Assembly: GCA_036679645.1 (NCBI GenBank)
Contig: JAZDCY010000079.1
Span: forward strand, 1 to 22,127
Source: Gemmatimonadota bacterium
GTDB lineage: Bacteria > Gemmatimonadota > Gemmatimonadetes > Gemmatimonadales > GWC2-71-9
Length of the DNA stretch: 22,127 bases
Reading direction: 5' to 3'
Part shown: positions 1 through 8,170 of the stretch, in pieces
How positions within the stretch are numbered: position 1 is the stretch's first letter
Layout: every line of letters begins with the position of its first letter
Notes under the pieces: model-generated
What the model was told of the DNA's origin: nothing
The model's database searches: none
Seen by the model: only the letters and a program-made list of their open reading frames with translations
Made by a program: the position numbers and the translations under genes

Positions 1-466
1 AGCGCGACCCGTCGTTGAGCAACTGGATGCTGTTGATCCCACGCACGAACGGATCCTCTTCCGGATCCCGTCGCGACTCGTACGTGCTGAACGCGTGGAC
101 CAGGTTGCCGTATTCCGCCACGTGGCGGTGCGCCTCAACCTCATAAAACGCATTGCTGCTGAACCACTGGGCCGCTTGCTCCGAGTACTGCTCGGGAGTC
201 CACACGCGCGATCCCCACATCCCGTCCTCACTGCGACCGGTCGGGATCAGGCGCGCGCCCGGCGCGAACAGCGAGTGAAACCGGTCCCAATCCCGCGGTC
301 CCGCGGGTCCGGAGATCACGTCGTACAGCGCGTGAATGATGGCATCGAGACTCTCGACGTCGGCCGCGTCGGCCGCGGCAGGCGCGGCGGGTTCAGCGGC
401 CTGTTGAGCGGACAGCGGCGTTGCGGCGAGCGACACCACGAATAGCGCGGCGAGCAACCTTCGCAC
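1..466 (-). CDS. Secreted NTF2/SnoaL-like hypothetical protein (3' end outside window)
   Basis: Not in ORF track because it runs off the edge. GTG at 466 with GGAG 7 nt upstream; translates as MRRLLAALFVVSLAATPLSAQQ (signal peptide)...DVESLDAIIHALYDVISGPAGPRDWDRFHSLFAPGARL...HAFSTYESR...RGINSIQL, a pattern I recognise from a conserved NTF2-like family. Confidence 0.8.
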   Translation of the reverse strand, partial: MRRLLAALFVVSLAATPLSAQQAAEPAAPAAADAADVESLDAIIHALYDVISGPAGPRDWDRFHSLFAPGARLIPTGRSEDGMWGSRVWTPEQYSEQAAQWFSSNAFYEVEAHRHVAEYGNLVHAFSTYESRRDPEEDPFVRGINSIQLLNDGSR

Positions 467-535
467 GGCATGACTCCGGTGTTCGGGTGATTTGTGAACT
501 TCGCTCCTCGGGAGAGCCGGCGCTAGATTTCCGCC

Positions 536-931
536 GTGCTCGGCATTGAATACCTACGAGAGGAGCGAGAAGTTCAGCTCACCGGCTACAGCGGCCGGAG
601 CACGACGGCAACCGCGGAACTGGTCACGTTCGATCGGCGGCAGCGTATGCGCCGTGCGTGGTTTGGCCTGGCAACGTGGTGGGCGCTGTCCACCGTGTCG
701 ATTCTCATACCCATCGCACATTTCGCGCTGGTTCCGGGGTTCTTCTTGTTTGGGATGTACTCGTTCGTGCGGCGGCGCGGTACGGCGGAAGTGGCCGTCT
801 CAATCCACGGAGCCTGCCCCGACTGCGACCACGAACAGGCATTCGATCCACCGGACCGGTGGACCGCCCGCCCGAACTTCACGTGCAGTAACTGTCACCG
901 AAGTCTGAGGGGATCAGCAGTCGCCGGTTAA
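536..931 (+). CDS. Membrane protein with C-terminal zinc ribbon
   Basis: Two hydrophobic segments followed by CPDC...CSNC; TAGATT 6 nt before the GTG. Confidence 0.7.
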   Translation: MLGIEYLREEREVQLTGYSGRSTTATAELVTFDRRQRMRRAWFGLATWWALSTVSILIPIAHFALVPGFFLFGMYSFVRRRGTAEVAVSIHGACPDCDHEQAFDPPDRWTARPNFTCSNCHRSLRGSAVAG

Positions 932-948
932 GCACCAACTCCTGGCGT

Positions 949-1470
949 TCAATCAACACTCCCGAGATCGGTTCGAATGATCGGTGTGGTATGCCTGCGC
1001 GGCCGATGTGCCGCCTCCCGCTTGGCCTGCCGCCAGGCAAAGACACCAAACCAGATCAGCGACGCCGCGACGGCCAGGTGCTTGAACATCGCCTTGATGC
1101 TCCCGACGTCCATCGGTCCGACCGCCTCAGGAGGCGCGCTCGCGCGCATTTGAAGCCAATCGAGGACGAACAGCGGTAGCGCGAGGACGAGGATCGCGGC
1201 CAGCGCCACGCTCAGGAAGGCGATCACGCGCTGCACGGCGGTGAGTTCGAGCAATGAAGCGGCCAGCAGGGCGCCAAATATTCCCAGCAGTGGAGTCAGG
1301 GTAAAGCCCGCGAGCAATCCGATGGCGCCGAAGCGCCACTGCACGTCGCCGAACCGAAGCGGCCAAACGTTGGTAGTGAAATCGACTGCCGGCAGCACGA
1401 TCAACAGCACGGCGAAGTACAGCCCGGGTCGGGCAATGGCGCGCAACAACTCCGACATGCGCTCGTTCAT
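949..1470 (-). CDS. Hypothetical integral membrane protein (~4 TM helices)
   Basis: 173 aa with four hydrophobic stretches and a basic C-terminal tail. Confidence 0.75.
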   Translation of the reverse strand: MNERMSELLRAIARPGLYFAVLLIVLPAVDFTTNVWPLRFGDVQWRFGAIGLLAGFTLTPLLGIFGALLAASLLELTAVQRVIAFLSVALAAILVLALPLFVLDWLQMRASAPPEAVGPMDVGSIKAMFKHLAVAASLIWFGVFAWRQAKREAAHRPRRHTTPIIRTDLGSVD

Positions 1471-1525
1471 CGGTTGGCCTCGATGTGGACGGTTTCGGGA
1501 AGCGATCTGTAGCGTCGAATCTTAC

Positions 1526-1559
1526 AAAAAACGGGCCGAGCCGTACATGGCTCAGCCCG
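1526..1559 (-). terminator. Rho-independent terminator of the PEP-CTERM gene
   Basis: Minus strand CGGGCTGAGCC-ATGTAC-GGCTCGGCCCG followed by TTTTTT, ~24 nt after the stop. Confidence 0.85.
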
Positions 1560-1582
1560 CTGGAAGGTAGGGCTTGCCGACT

Positions 1583-2257
1583 CTAGACGGGCATCCCTCT
1601 CTTGTAGTAGAAGATCAAGCCCAGCGCCAACAGGCCAGATCCCAGCAGCACCAACGTCTCGGGCTCCGGCACGACATTGCGCACCAGGTATTCCTGATTG
1701 ACCCCTGTATAGTCGGTGATGACTGTCCACTCGTTCAGGTTGATGTTCTGCCAATCGTTGCCGCCGAGAGCGGTGATCCACGACGAGCTGGCTCCTCCGA
1801 CTGTGGTGCCGTTCCACTGACTGGCGGTTCCGTTACTCATCGTATACCAAATGGCGCCGTGAATGGCACCCCACTCATTCATGTTGTCCGGCCTGAATTG
1901 TGTGGCCAGCCACGCCGCCTTCATGTACCGCTCGCGGACCATCTGCTCGGAGTAACCGCTGAAGAACCCGGTCGCGCCGGTGGCGGCGGCGCCGTACGTG
2001 TTGCTCAGGTTCCCCGCCAGGCTCGTCTCAAACACCTGCCAGGTGCTCGCCGTCACGTAGTGGAGGTAGTCAACGCAGAACACATCTACCGTTGGTGAGC
2101 CAGGGCCGACCATGCCGCGATATGGGCCAACCCGCGCCCCCCATGCCGCCGGGGCACCAGGAGTGGTTCCCTGGAACCAGAAGTCGGTCTGCGCCACCGC
2201 CGGCGTCGATACGAACGCCAACAGAGACAGGATTGCGAGTGGACTGAAGCGTTTCAT
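1583..2257 (-). CDS. PEP-CTERM sorting-domain protein
   Basis: Start reassigned to ATG 2257 (MKRFSPLAILSLLAFVSTPAVA-Q signal peptide); C-terminus VPEPETLVLLGSGLLALGLIFYYKRG = PEP motif + TM helix + basic residues. Confidence 0.9.
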   Translation of the reverse strand: MKRFSPLAILSLLAFVSTPAVAQTDFWFQGTTPGAPAAWGARVGPYRGMVGPGSPTVDVFCVDYLHYVTASTWQVFETSLAGNLSNTYGAAATGATGFFSGYSEQMVRERYMKAAWLATQFRPDNMNEWGAIHGAIWYTMSNGTASQWNGTTVGGASSSWITALGGNDWQNINLNEWTVITDYTGVNQEYLVRNVVPEPETLVLLGSGLLALGLIFYYKRGMPV

Positions 2258-2293
2258 AAGCGGTTCTGGCCGTTTGAGTTCGCCGCAATGTGA

Positions 2294-2309
2294 CGCAGGA
2301 GACATGCCG
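2294..2309 (-). promoter_or_regulatory. Putative sigma54 (-24/-12) promoter of the PEP-CTERM gene
   Basis: Minus strand CGGCATGTCTCCTGCG = GG-N10-GC, resembling TGGCACG-N4-TTGC, ~37 nt upstream of the ATG; PEP-CTERM genes commonly have sigma54 promoters. Confidence 0.55.
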
Positions 2310-2561
2310 CGCAAGGCTTCGTCCAATTGACCTCACCGGCCAATTACTCCCACATTGTGCATTTATCACCCTAAGACGTTGTTATATAGTACGTTATGCG
2401 ACCGGCGCCGTGACACCCACATGGGTCCCGGTGTACCCTGATGAGGACAGTGAGCAGAGTTTCCGCCTCGTCCGGGCAACACTCGTGTGATCGCCACAAT
2501 GGCCGGGTTGCGGCGTCAGGAGGCTTTCCACAAATGGTGTCGGAAACGAGCTTCAAAGACG

Positions 2562-3134
2562 ATGAGATTTCGGACACGATCGGGATTGGTTTTCGCTATC
2601 CTGGTGGAGGGCGGCCTGCTGGGCTTGGCCGTGCTGCTGGGCCAGGTGCTTGGCCTTCCCACGCTCGAACGGCTGCGCGTCCAGCCGATGTCGGTGATCC
2701 TGGGCACGCTCGCGACCGTACCGCTACTTGCCGTCCTCACGTTCCTGCTGCAATCACGGGCCCCCGCGTTGCGCCGGCTGATCGCGGCCGCAGAATCGCT
2801 GCTCGGGCCGTTCTTCAAGTCGTGCTCGTTCGTCGAACTGGCAATCGTCGCCGCGCTCGCCGGCGTGGGTGAAGAGGCCCTCTTTCGCGGCGTCCTGCAG
2901 ACGTGGGGAACGGAGGCACTGGGCCCCGCGCTCGGCATTGGTCTCACGAGCATCGTGTTTGGGCTCGCGCATTTCGTAACACCACTTTATGCCTTCCTGG
3001 CGGCGGCAATCGGCACGTATATCGGCGTGTTGTACTACGTGAGCGGTGACCTCCTTGCCGTAATGCTCGTGCACGGACTCTACGACCTGGTGGCCCTCGA
3101 GATTCTCGTCCGTCGCGTCCGGGTGCGGATGTAA
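2562..3134 (+). CDS. CPBP (CAAX protease-like) intramembrane glutamic endopeptidase
   Basis: Motifs EEALFRG, FGLAH and HGLYD in a multi-TM protein; start set at ATG 2562, uncertain. Confidence 0.9.
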   Translation: MRFRTRSGLVFAILVEGGLLGLAVLLGQVLGLPTLERLRVQPMSVILGTLATVPLLAVLTFLLQSRAPALRRLIAAAESLLGPFFKSCSFVELAIVAALAGVGEEALFRGVLQTWGTEALGPALGIGLTSIVFGLAHFVTPLYAFLAAAIGTYIGVLYYVSGDLLAVMLVHGLYDLVALEILVRRVRVRM

Positions 3135-3202
3135 GGCAGGTCACGGTCGTACGCCGTCTAAGGCGCGACGTTCGGCTCGATCCAACCGCGCGGAGTCGCA
3201 CC

Positions 3203-3580
3203 ATGCCTAAGGCACTAGCCTGGGCCCGGCCCTGGGCCGCAGCCAGCCCGACGACACGACCCATGCTCCGGAACGGCGCGTGGTATCCTGTGGTCGGCGA
3301 AGAGACGGCCGACACGTTAGTCCTGGAAGTACAGCACCGCGATGTCCTGGTGCCGCGCCGGCTGCTGGAACTGCGTGGGCAGCGACCGGGAAAGTTCACT
3401 CTTGTGTACCGCACAGCGCGCGACCCTAACCCGGCACGGGGGTCCGATCGTGACCTGGGCCGGACCTACATTGTCTGTCCGGCCTCCGGTCATCGCCTGC
3501 CGATCACCGGCCGTCCAACGACGATGGAATGCCCGGGTTGCGGCTACTGGGGCTCCATCGCGTGGGGCGAAACCGGCTGA
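3203..3580 (+). CDS. Hypothetical protein with C-terminal zinc-ribbon-like motif
   Basis: GGAG RBS before the ATG; CPAS...CPGC near the C-terminus. Confidence 0.7.
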   Translation: MPKALAWARPWAAASPTTRPMLRNGAWYPVVGEETADTLVLEVQHRDVLVPRRLLELRGQRPGKFTLVYRTARDPNPARGSDRDLGRTYIVCPASGHRLPITGRPTTMECPGCGYWGSIAWGETG

Positions 3581-3637
3581 AGGCAGACCCCTCTTGCGCA
3601 CCGCCTGCCCGCATCCGACTCTCCGTCGGAGGTCAGA

Positions 3638-3850
3638 ATGCTCAAGGCAATCACCAAGCTGATTCGGGCGATCGTCATCTTCGCCGCCGGCGTCGTCGTG
3701 GGCTACGTGCTGCGCGACAGAGGGGCGGATCAAGACCTCGATCGGGCCGTGCAGACGGTGCGCACCGAGATGGAGAACGCGGCCCGTGATGCGGCCGATC
3801 GGGCGCGCCGAGCGGGGGAGGAGCTGGTGGGGAGGGAGCGAGGGCAATGA
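3638..3850 (+). CDS. Small membrane-anchored helical protein (YtxH-like architecture)
   Basis: GGAGG RBS; N-terminal TM (IVIFAAGVVVGYVL) followed by an Ala/Arg/Glu-rich helix. Confidence 0.7.
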   Translation: MLKAITKLIRAIVIFAAGVVVGYVLRDRGADQDLDRAVQTVRTEMENAARDAADRARRAGEELVGRERGQ

Positions 3851-3920
3851 AAGGGCGATGGTGGGGCGATGAAGGGGCGATGATTGGGGCGATGAAGGGG
3901 CGATGATTGGGGGCGCTGAT
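3842..3920. repeat. Tandem array of ~7 units of 10-12 bp, consensus GGGGCGATGA(A/TT)
   Basis: gggcaatgaaa|gggcgatggt|ggggcgatgaa|ggggcgatgatt|ggggcgatgaa|ggggcgatgatt|gggggcgctgat, between convergent stop codons. Confidence 0.9.
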
Positions 3921-3923
3921 CAG

Positions 3924-4277
3924 TTAGTCGGCGGCGCTCCGCTCGAACTCCTCCGCCAGCCGCAGGCCTCGTTCCAGCCTGCGCTCGAACTCATCGAGAT
4001 GCTTCGACCGACTCGACTCGAGTAGCTCCCGCAGGCGACGGGTCAGCTCGTCCTTCTCGAGCGGCGGGTTTGTCGCGATTGACTCCTGCCAGAGCTTCTC
4101 CGCCGCATCGTGGAACGCGACGACTTCGTCGATGAGTTCGTCGTCGAATCGCTTGCGGACGATCTCTTCCCGTACATCGGAAACCACGCGCCCGAGAATC
4201 ACCTGGATCGCTTCGCGGGCTCCCCACCCCACCGTGGAGAGCCGGCGCACAAAATCGGATCGGCGTGTGTCACTCAT
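3924..4277 (-). CDS. Hypothetical alpha-helical protein
   Basis: 117 aa charged helical composition; fills the gap between flanking genes. Confidence 0.65.
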   Translation of the reverse strand: MSDTRRSDFVRRLSTVGWGAREAIQVILGRVVSDVREEIVRKRFDDELIDEVVAFHDAAEKLWQESIATNPPLEKDELTRRLRELLESSRSKHLDEFERRLERGLRLAEEFERSAAD

Positions 4278-4370
4278 CGTTAGCTCCCGCGAGTCCTAGC
4301 GAAGCTAACCCCAGAGTGGGCCGCGCGAAAAGCACCCCGGGGGCACTTGGCGGTGTAGATTTGACGCACC

Positions 4371-5012
4371 ATGGCCTTCATCAAGTGCCCCGAATGCGGG
4401 CACACCGCGCTTTCGGTCGCCTCGACGTGCCCGAGTTGCGGCCACCTCCTCGTGCAGAACCCAATGCAGGGCCGTCGGCTGGGAATGGTCGCCTGCCGCA
4501 GCTGTCAGAAACAGGTCTCGGGCGCCGAGTCTGTCTGCCCCTATTGCGGTCACCAAATTCGCCGATGGCGTTCGATCCGCTTGGCCGCGTGGTCGGCGCT
4601 CGCGGTGGTACTGGTCATCGGCGGCGTCGTGCTGTTCAGCGCCGCCCGGAAAGCCAGTCGGCCGCCGGTCACGTCCCCTGTGCTCCCAGTTGAACCGGCA
4701 CCTGAAGCACAACCCGTCGCGGTCACCGCGCCTCCGCCCCAGGTTGCAACCGCCGTGACCGAGCCGCAGCACCCGGGTCCAGAGACACCATCGGCTACAC
4801 CCAAGACCCAGGCTCGCTGGACCGCCAACTGGGTCAACGTGAGGGAATCCCCAGGAACCGGCGGCGCGATCGTAGGTGTCCTCCGACCCGGCACCGCCGT
4901 TGGTGTCGGCGAGTTCCGCCGCGGGTGGTGGGCCGTGTACACCGACGGCCGTCTTCTGGGCTGGGCGGCTGGCGATCTGCTCGTGCGCGCGCGCCCCGAC
5001 ACGACCCCGTAG
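4371..5012 (+). CDS. Double zinc ribbon - TM - Pro-rich linker - SH3b domain protein
   Basis: CPEC/CPSC/CRSC/CPYC; TM helix; PVEPAPEAQP linker; SH3b-like VNVRESPG...IVGVLRPG...GWWAV...GW. Confidence 0.85.
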   Translation: MAFIKCPECGHTALSVASTCPSCGHLLVQNPMQGRRLGMVACRSCQKQVSGAESVCPYCGHQIRRWRSIRLAAWSALAVVLVIGGVVLFSAARKASRPPVTSPVLPVEPAPEAQPVAVTAPPPQVATAVTEPQHPGPETPSATPKTQARWTANWVNVRESPGTGGAIVGVLRPGTAVGVGEFRRGWWAVYTDGRLLGWAAGDLLVRARPDTTP

Positions 5013-5347
5013 ACCCCCCCGGGACCCCGGGCTCGCGCCCGGGGTTTGGTCGAGGGGGTTCAGCTCCCGGTCGCCCACCGGTACCGCGGACCCCCGGGCT
5101 GACGCCCGATGACCCCCGGGCTGACGCCCGGGGTTTGGTCGAGGGGATTCGGCTCCCGGTCGCCCCCGGGGCTAACGCCCGGGGTTTGGTCGAGGAGGTT
5201 CAGCTCCCGGTCGCCCACCGGTACCGCGGACCCCCGGGCTGACGCCCGGGGTTTGGTCGAGGGGGTTCGGCTCCCGGTCGCCACCGGTACCGCGGGACCC
5301 CCGGGACCCCCGGGACCCCCGGGCTGACGCCCGGGGTTTGGTCGAGG
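5013..5347. repeat. REP/BIME-like array of palindromic units (~67-bp period)
   Basis: Five copies of CCCCGGG-CT(GA)CG-CCCGGGG-TTTGGTCGAGG starting near 5025, 5114, 5164, 5232 and 5317, plus one partial copy near 5092; near-identical linkers; internal (GGGACCCCC)x3. Confidence 0.9.
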
Positions 5348-5447
5348 CAAATACCCACATAGTGGCGAGAGCGCCCCGCATGGTTTGACATTCGCCATCG
5401 CACGCGTGTGAATTGGACGACTGCAACGTCTCGCATGGAGCGTCCGC

Positions 5448-5684
5448 ATGGCCTCAGACCAGACTCCGCCCCCGCCCCCACCCCCAGGTGTTGCCGATCG
5501 TCGCGGTGGGCGACCACGACTCCGCGAGCTCGTCGATGCGCTCCTCGATATGGTGCGCGACCTGGATGACCAGGTCGATACGCTCTCGGCAGACGAGATC
5601 GAACAGACCCGTATCCGGTTCAACGCGACGGGCGAGTTGATCTGGGCCGCACTCCTGCACGAGGTGCGCAAAAACGGTGGATAG
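5448..5684 (+). CDS. Small hypothetical protein
   Basis: GGAG RBS before the ATG; poly-Pro N-terminus then amphipathic helices. Confidence 0.6.
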   Translation: MASDQTPPPPPPPGVADRRGGRPRLRELVDALLDMVRDLDDQVDTLSADEIEQTRIRFNATGELIWAALLHEVRKNGG

Positions 5685-5768
5685 CGCGTTGTGCGCTGCA
5701 TCACGGTGGCGACTACCGAAAGACGCGACTATGCTACTCCTCCAAGAAAAGGGCATGGCTGGCGGCAG

Positions 5769-6233
5769 ATGCGTTCCCGGAGTTCACTTCCTTCGCTAGT
5801 GCTGAACGTGCCGGCTATAGCACGCCGGTCGCCGGACGCTGTGCAACTCCTGCTCGGATCGCCTGATACGGCCGATGGACCGCAGGTTTCTCTCCAAGTC
5901 AAGCGCACGTATCAACGTGGTCGGGTCGAAGTGGTTTTCGTGGATAATCACGTGAGATGGATCAAGCTGTACGACTGTCGCGGCCTTACCTTTAACCAAG
6001 ATGCTTTGCCGAAACTCGGCCTACCAGCGTCGCGTCCGACGTACCGGAACCCAGATCACGTGATGAGTTGGCAGAACATCCCACGCCTACAGGAAGTCAG
6101 TATCTATGCAGGTACGGCTGGGAAAGTCTCGTCGGTGTTGGTGTGCGTCGAGACAGCGCCGCAGGAAAAGAAAAAGGCCCCGCGCTCGTCGGGCGCGTTC
6201 TGGGTTCGGCGCCGCACTCCCACACCCGCATAG
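5769..6233 (+). CDS. Hypothetical protein
   Basis: Globular-looking ORF converging on the DUF411 gene; start uncertain (5691 or 5769). Confidence 0.55.
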   Translation: MRSRSSLPSLVLNVPAIARRSPDAVQLLLGSPDTADGPQVSLQVKRTYQRGRVEVVFVDNHVRWIKLYDCRGLTFNQDALPKLGLPASRPTYRNPDHVMSWQNIPRLQEVSIYAGTAGKVSSVLVCVETAPQEKKKAPRSSGAFWVRRRTPTPA

Positions 6234-6327
6234 CGGCACCGGTCGGGTTCGGTACCCGACGCACTGCTCCAGCACACTCCCACAACGCGTTGGTATCTCG
6301 CTGGATCGAGAACTGAGCGTCCGTTCG

Positions 6328-6792
6328 CTAGTGGCGCTCGTACACGCTCGCGCTACCAGTTGAGTCAACTGCAAACACGTCGTAGTGCTCGGGGTTGGGA
6401 CCTTCCATGCCGGGTGATCCCGCAGGCATCCCAGGCACAACCAGTCCTACGATGGATGGGCGGTCCTTGAGCATCCGGCGGATCGCGCTCGCGGGCACAT
6501 GGCCCTCTACGACGTATCCGTCAATCACCGCCGTGTGACAGCCCGCGAGGTCGGCCGGAACCCCGTGCTCGGTACGAATGGTCGCCAGCGCATCCCAGCC
6601 ATCCACATCGTGCGTCTCGACCACGAAACCGTTTTCCTGTAGGTGAACCACCCACTGAGAGCAGCAGCCTCAGGTAGGTGTCTTGTAAACGGTCGCGGTC
6701 GGTTGGGCACCCGCCGGCTGAGTGACCACAAACCCTACAGTCACCGCAGCGATTGCCACCGCGCCCGCCAACCCGATCTTCCAATACCGCAT
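6328..6792 (-). CDS. DUF411 family exported metal-binding/thioredoxin-like protein; candidate selenoprotein (Sec41, UGCC)
   Basis: GGGAGG RBS, ATG 6792, signal peptide MRYWKIGLAGAVAIAAVTVGFVV, then VYKTPT-TGA(6672-6670)-GCCSQWVVHL in frame with CHTAVIDGYVVEGHVPA and VPGMPAGSPGME; 154 aa with read-through. Confidence 0.85.
6637..6669 (-). promoter_or_regulatory. Putative bacterial SECIS element
   Basis: After the UGA: GGCUGCUGCUCUCAG-UGGGUG-GUU-CACCUA-CAG; 6-bp stem, apical loop begins with G, 21 nt from the UGA. Confidence 0.6.
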
Positions 6793-6937
6793 GGTCAGCC
6801 TCCCAATGGTACGATCCGTCCCGGTGCTTTCCCGGGCTGAAGCACCCCGGCTCGGCGCGCTACGCGCGGAATACCTCGAGGGGTGTCCCCGTCGCCCGCG
6901 CCTGCATGGTGCGCCGCGAAGCGCCGGGCGCGTGTCT

Positions 6938-8170
6938 TCAACGCGCGAACCGCTCGCCGAGCAACTCCTCTACCAGCTCCGCAAATCCTCGCCGCAGCGC
7001 CTCGTGGGCGGCGACCAACGCCGGCCCGTAGAAGCCCGCGTGCACGCGCCGCACCGCGCCCGATCGATCGATGAAGACGGTGGTGGGAAACGCGATCGGT
7101 CCCGAGAGTTGTGGCTGCGTGGTACTGGGCGAGTCGCCGTCGTTCACGCCGGCCAGCAGTAACGGGAACTCGATCCCGTACTTCTCGCGATAGCGCCGCA
7201 GCAGCGCTCCATCCACCGCCGAGTCGCCCGTCACCTCGTAGGCCAGCCCCACGATCTCGAGCCCACGGTCGTGGTAACGCCGATAGAGATCGACCAGCGT
7301 CGGAGCGGCGTCGTGACAGGTCGGGCACCACGTGCCGAAGATGTCCACGATCACGACCTTGCCACGGAAGCGCGCGTCGGTATTCGTGACCATCTCCCCG
7401 TCGATTGACGGAAAGGCAAACTGAAAGGGGCCGCTGGTATCCACCCGCACGAGTTCCGTGGGTGGTGTCAGGTGCGGCCGACCAGTGGATCGCACGGCCA
7501 CGAACGGCGTTTGGGTGCGTAGCCCCGCGTGGAAGAGGCCGCGTAGCGTGTCGCCGTCGAGCCGGCCCGTGAGCATATAGACGAAAGATCCGTCGAAGTG
7601 CGCCATAGCGAAGCTGTCCGCCTGCGCGCCTCCCCAGAAGAGACCGTAGTCGCCCGAATTGGAGATGATGGTCCCCTCCAGCCCCAGCCCCGTGCGCCGC
7701 AAGTCAATCACGCGCGGGCTGGGACGCTCCTCCGGACGGAAGATCGCATCCCACTTCCCGGCGAGCACGCCGCCCGGCAGTTCGACAGGCCAATTGCCCC
7801 GAGAAGCGCGAAACGGAATCGTGCGCGGGCCCCGGTTGCCCACGTTGCGATAAAAGCCCACGAGGGAGTCGCCGCGCACGCTCGCGCGAATGGCGGCAGC
7901 GTAGTCGGCAATGCCTAGCAGAATCGAGTCGCCCTCGAGCGGCGTGACCTCCGAGAACGCGTCACACTTGGTCGCGTTGCAGAGCTGGCCCTCCACCGGT
8001 CCGCCCTCCGCGGTCAACACGATCTGAAAACGCAACGGCCCACCCGCGATGTCGAGCGCGGCACGCCACGATCCGACGAGCCGGTCGGAAACGCGTCGCT
8101 GCGCGTACGCGGTTTGGGCCGTGAGCGTCACGCAGATGAGCGCGGCCACCGTACCCATCCTTGCGATCAT
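6938..8170 (-). CDS. TlpA-family disulfide reductase with N-terminal beta-rich domains, exported
   Basis: FRGKVVIVDIFGTWCPTC and cis-Pro region FPTTVFIDRSG; ATG 8170 overlaps the upstream stop (ATGA); signal peptide ending AYA-Q. Confidence 0.9.
   Translation of the reverse strand: MIARMGTVAALICVTLTAQTAYAQRRVSDRLVGSWRAALDIAGGPLRFQIVLTAEGGPVEGQLCNATKCDAFSEVTPLEGDSILLGIADYAAAIRASVRGDSLVGFYRNVGNRGPRTIPFRASRGNWPVELPGGVLAGKWDAIFRPEERPSPRVIDLRRTGLGLEGTIISNSGDYGLFWGGAQADSFAMAHFDGSFVYMLTGRLDGDTLRGLFHAGLRTQTPFVAVRSTGRPHLTPPTELVRVDTSGPFQFAFPSIDGEMVTNTDARFRGKVVIVDIFGTWCPTCHDAAPTLVDLYRRYHDRGLEIVGLAYEVTGDSAVDGALLRRYREKYGIEFPLLLAGVNDGDSPSTTQPQLSGPIAFPTTVFIDRSGAVRRVHAGFYGPALVAAHEALRRGFAELVEELLGERFAR

Noticed and set aside
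2530..2556. PrsR-type enhancer half-site (TTTCCGACA on the minus strand)
   Set aside because: Only a half match, and the same GTTTCCGACA string occurs in coding DNA at 20241-20250, so it may be chance
5013..5347. CRISPR array (palindromic ~31-bp repeat with ~36-bp intervals)
   Set aside because: Intervening sequences are near-identical rather than unique spacers, spacing is irregular, and no cas genes are in the window
5385..5414. Sigma70 promoter with perfect TTGACA upstream of the 5448 gene
   Set aside because: No convincing -10 hexamer at 16-18 bp spacing
6328..6651. 107-aa ORF as the complete DUF411 gene, or the gene as a nonsense pseudogene
   Set aside because: The short ORF lacks the signal peptide and CGCC motif; the TGA falls exactly on the conserved Cys with a SECIS-like hairpin, so recoding is the better explanation, pending a check for Sec machinery
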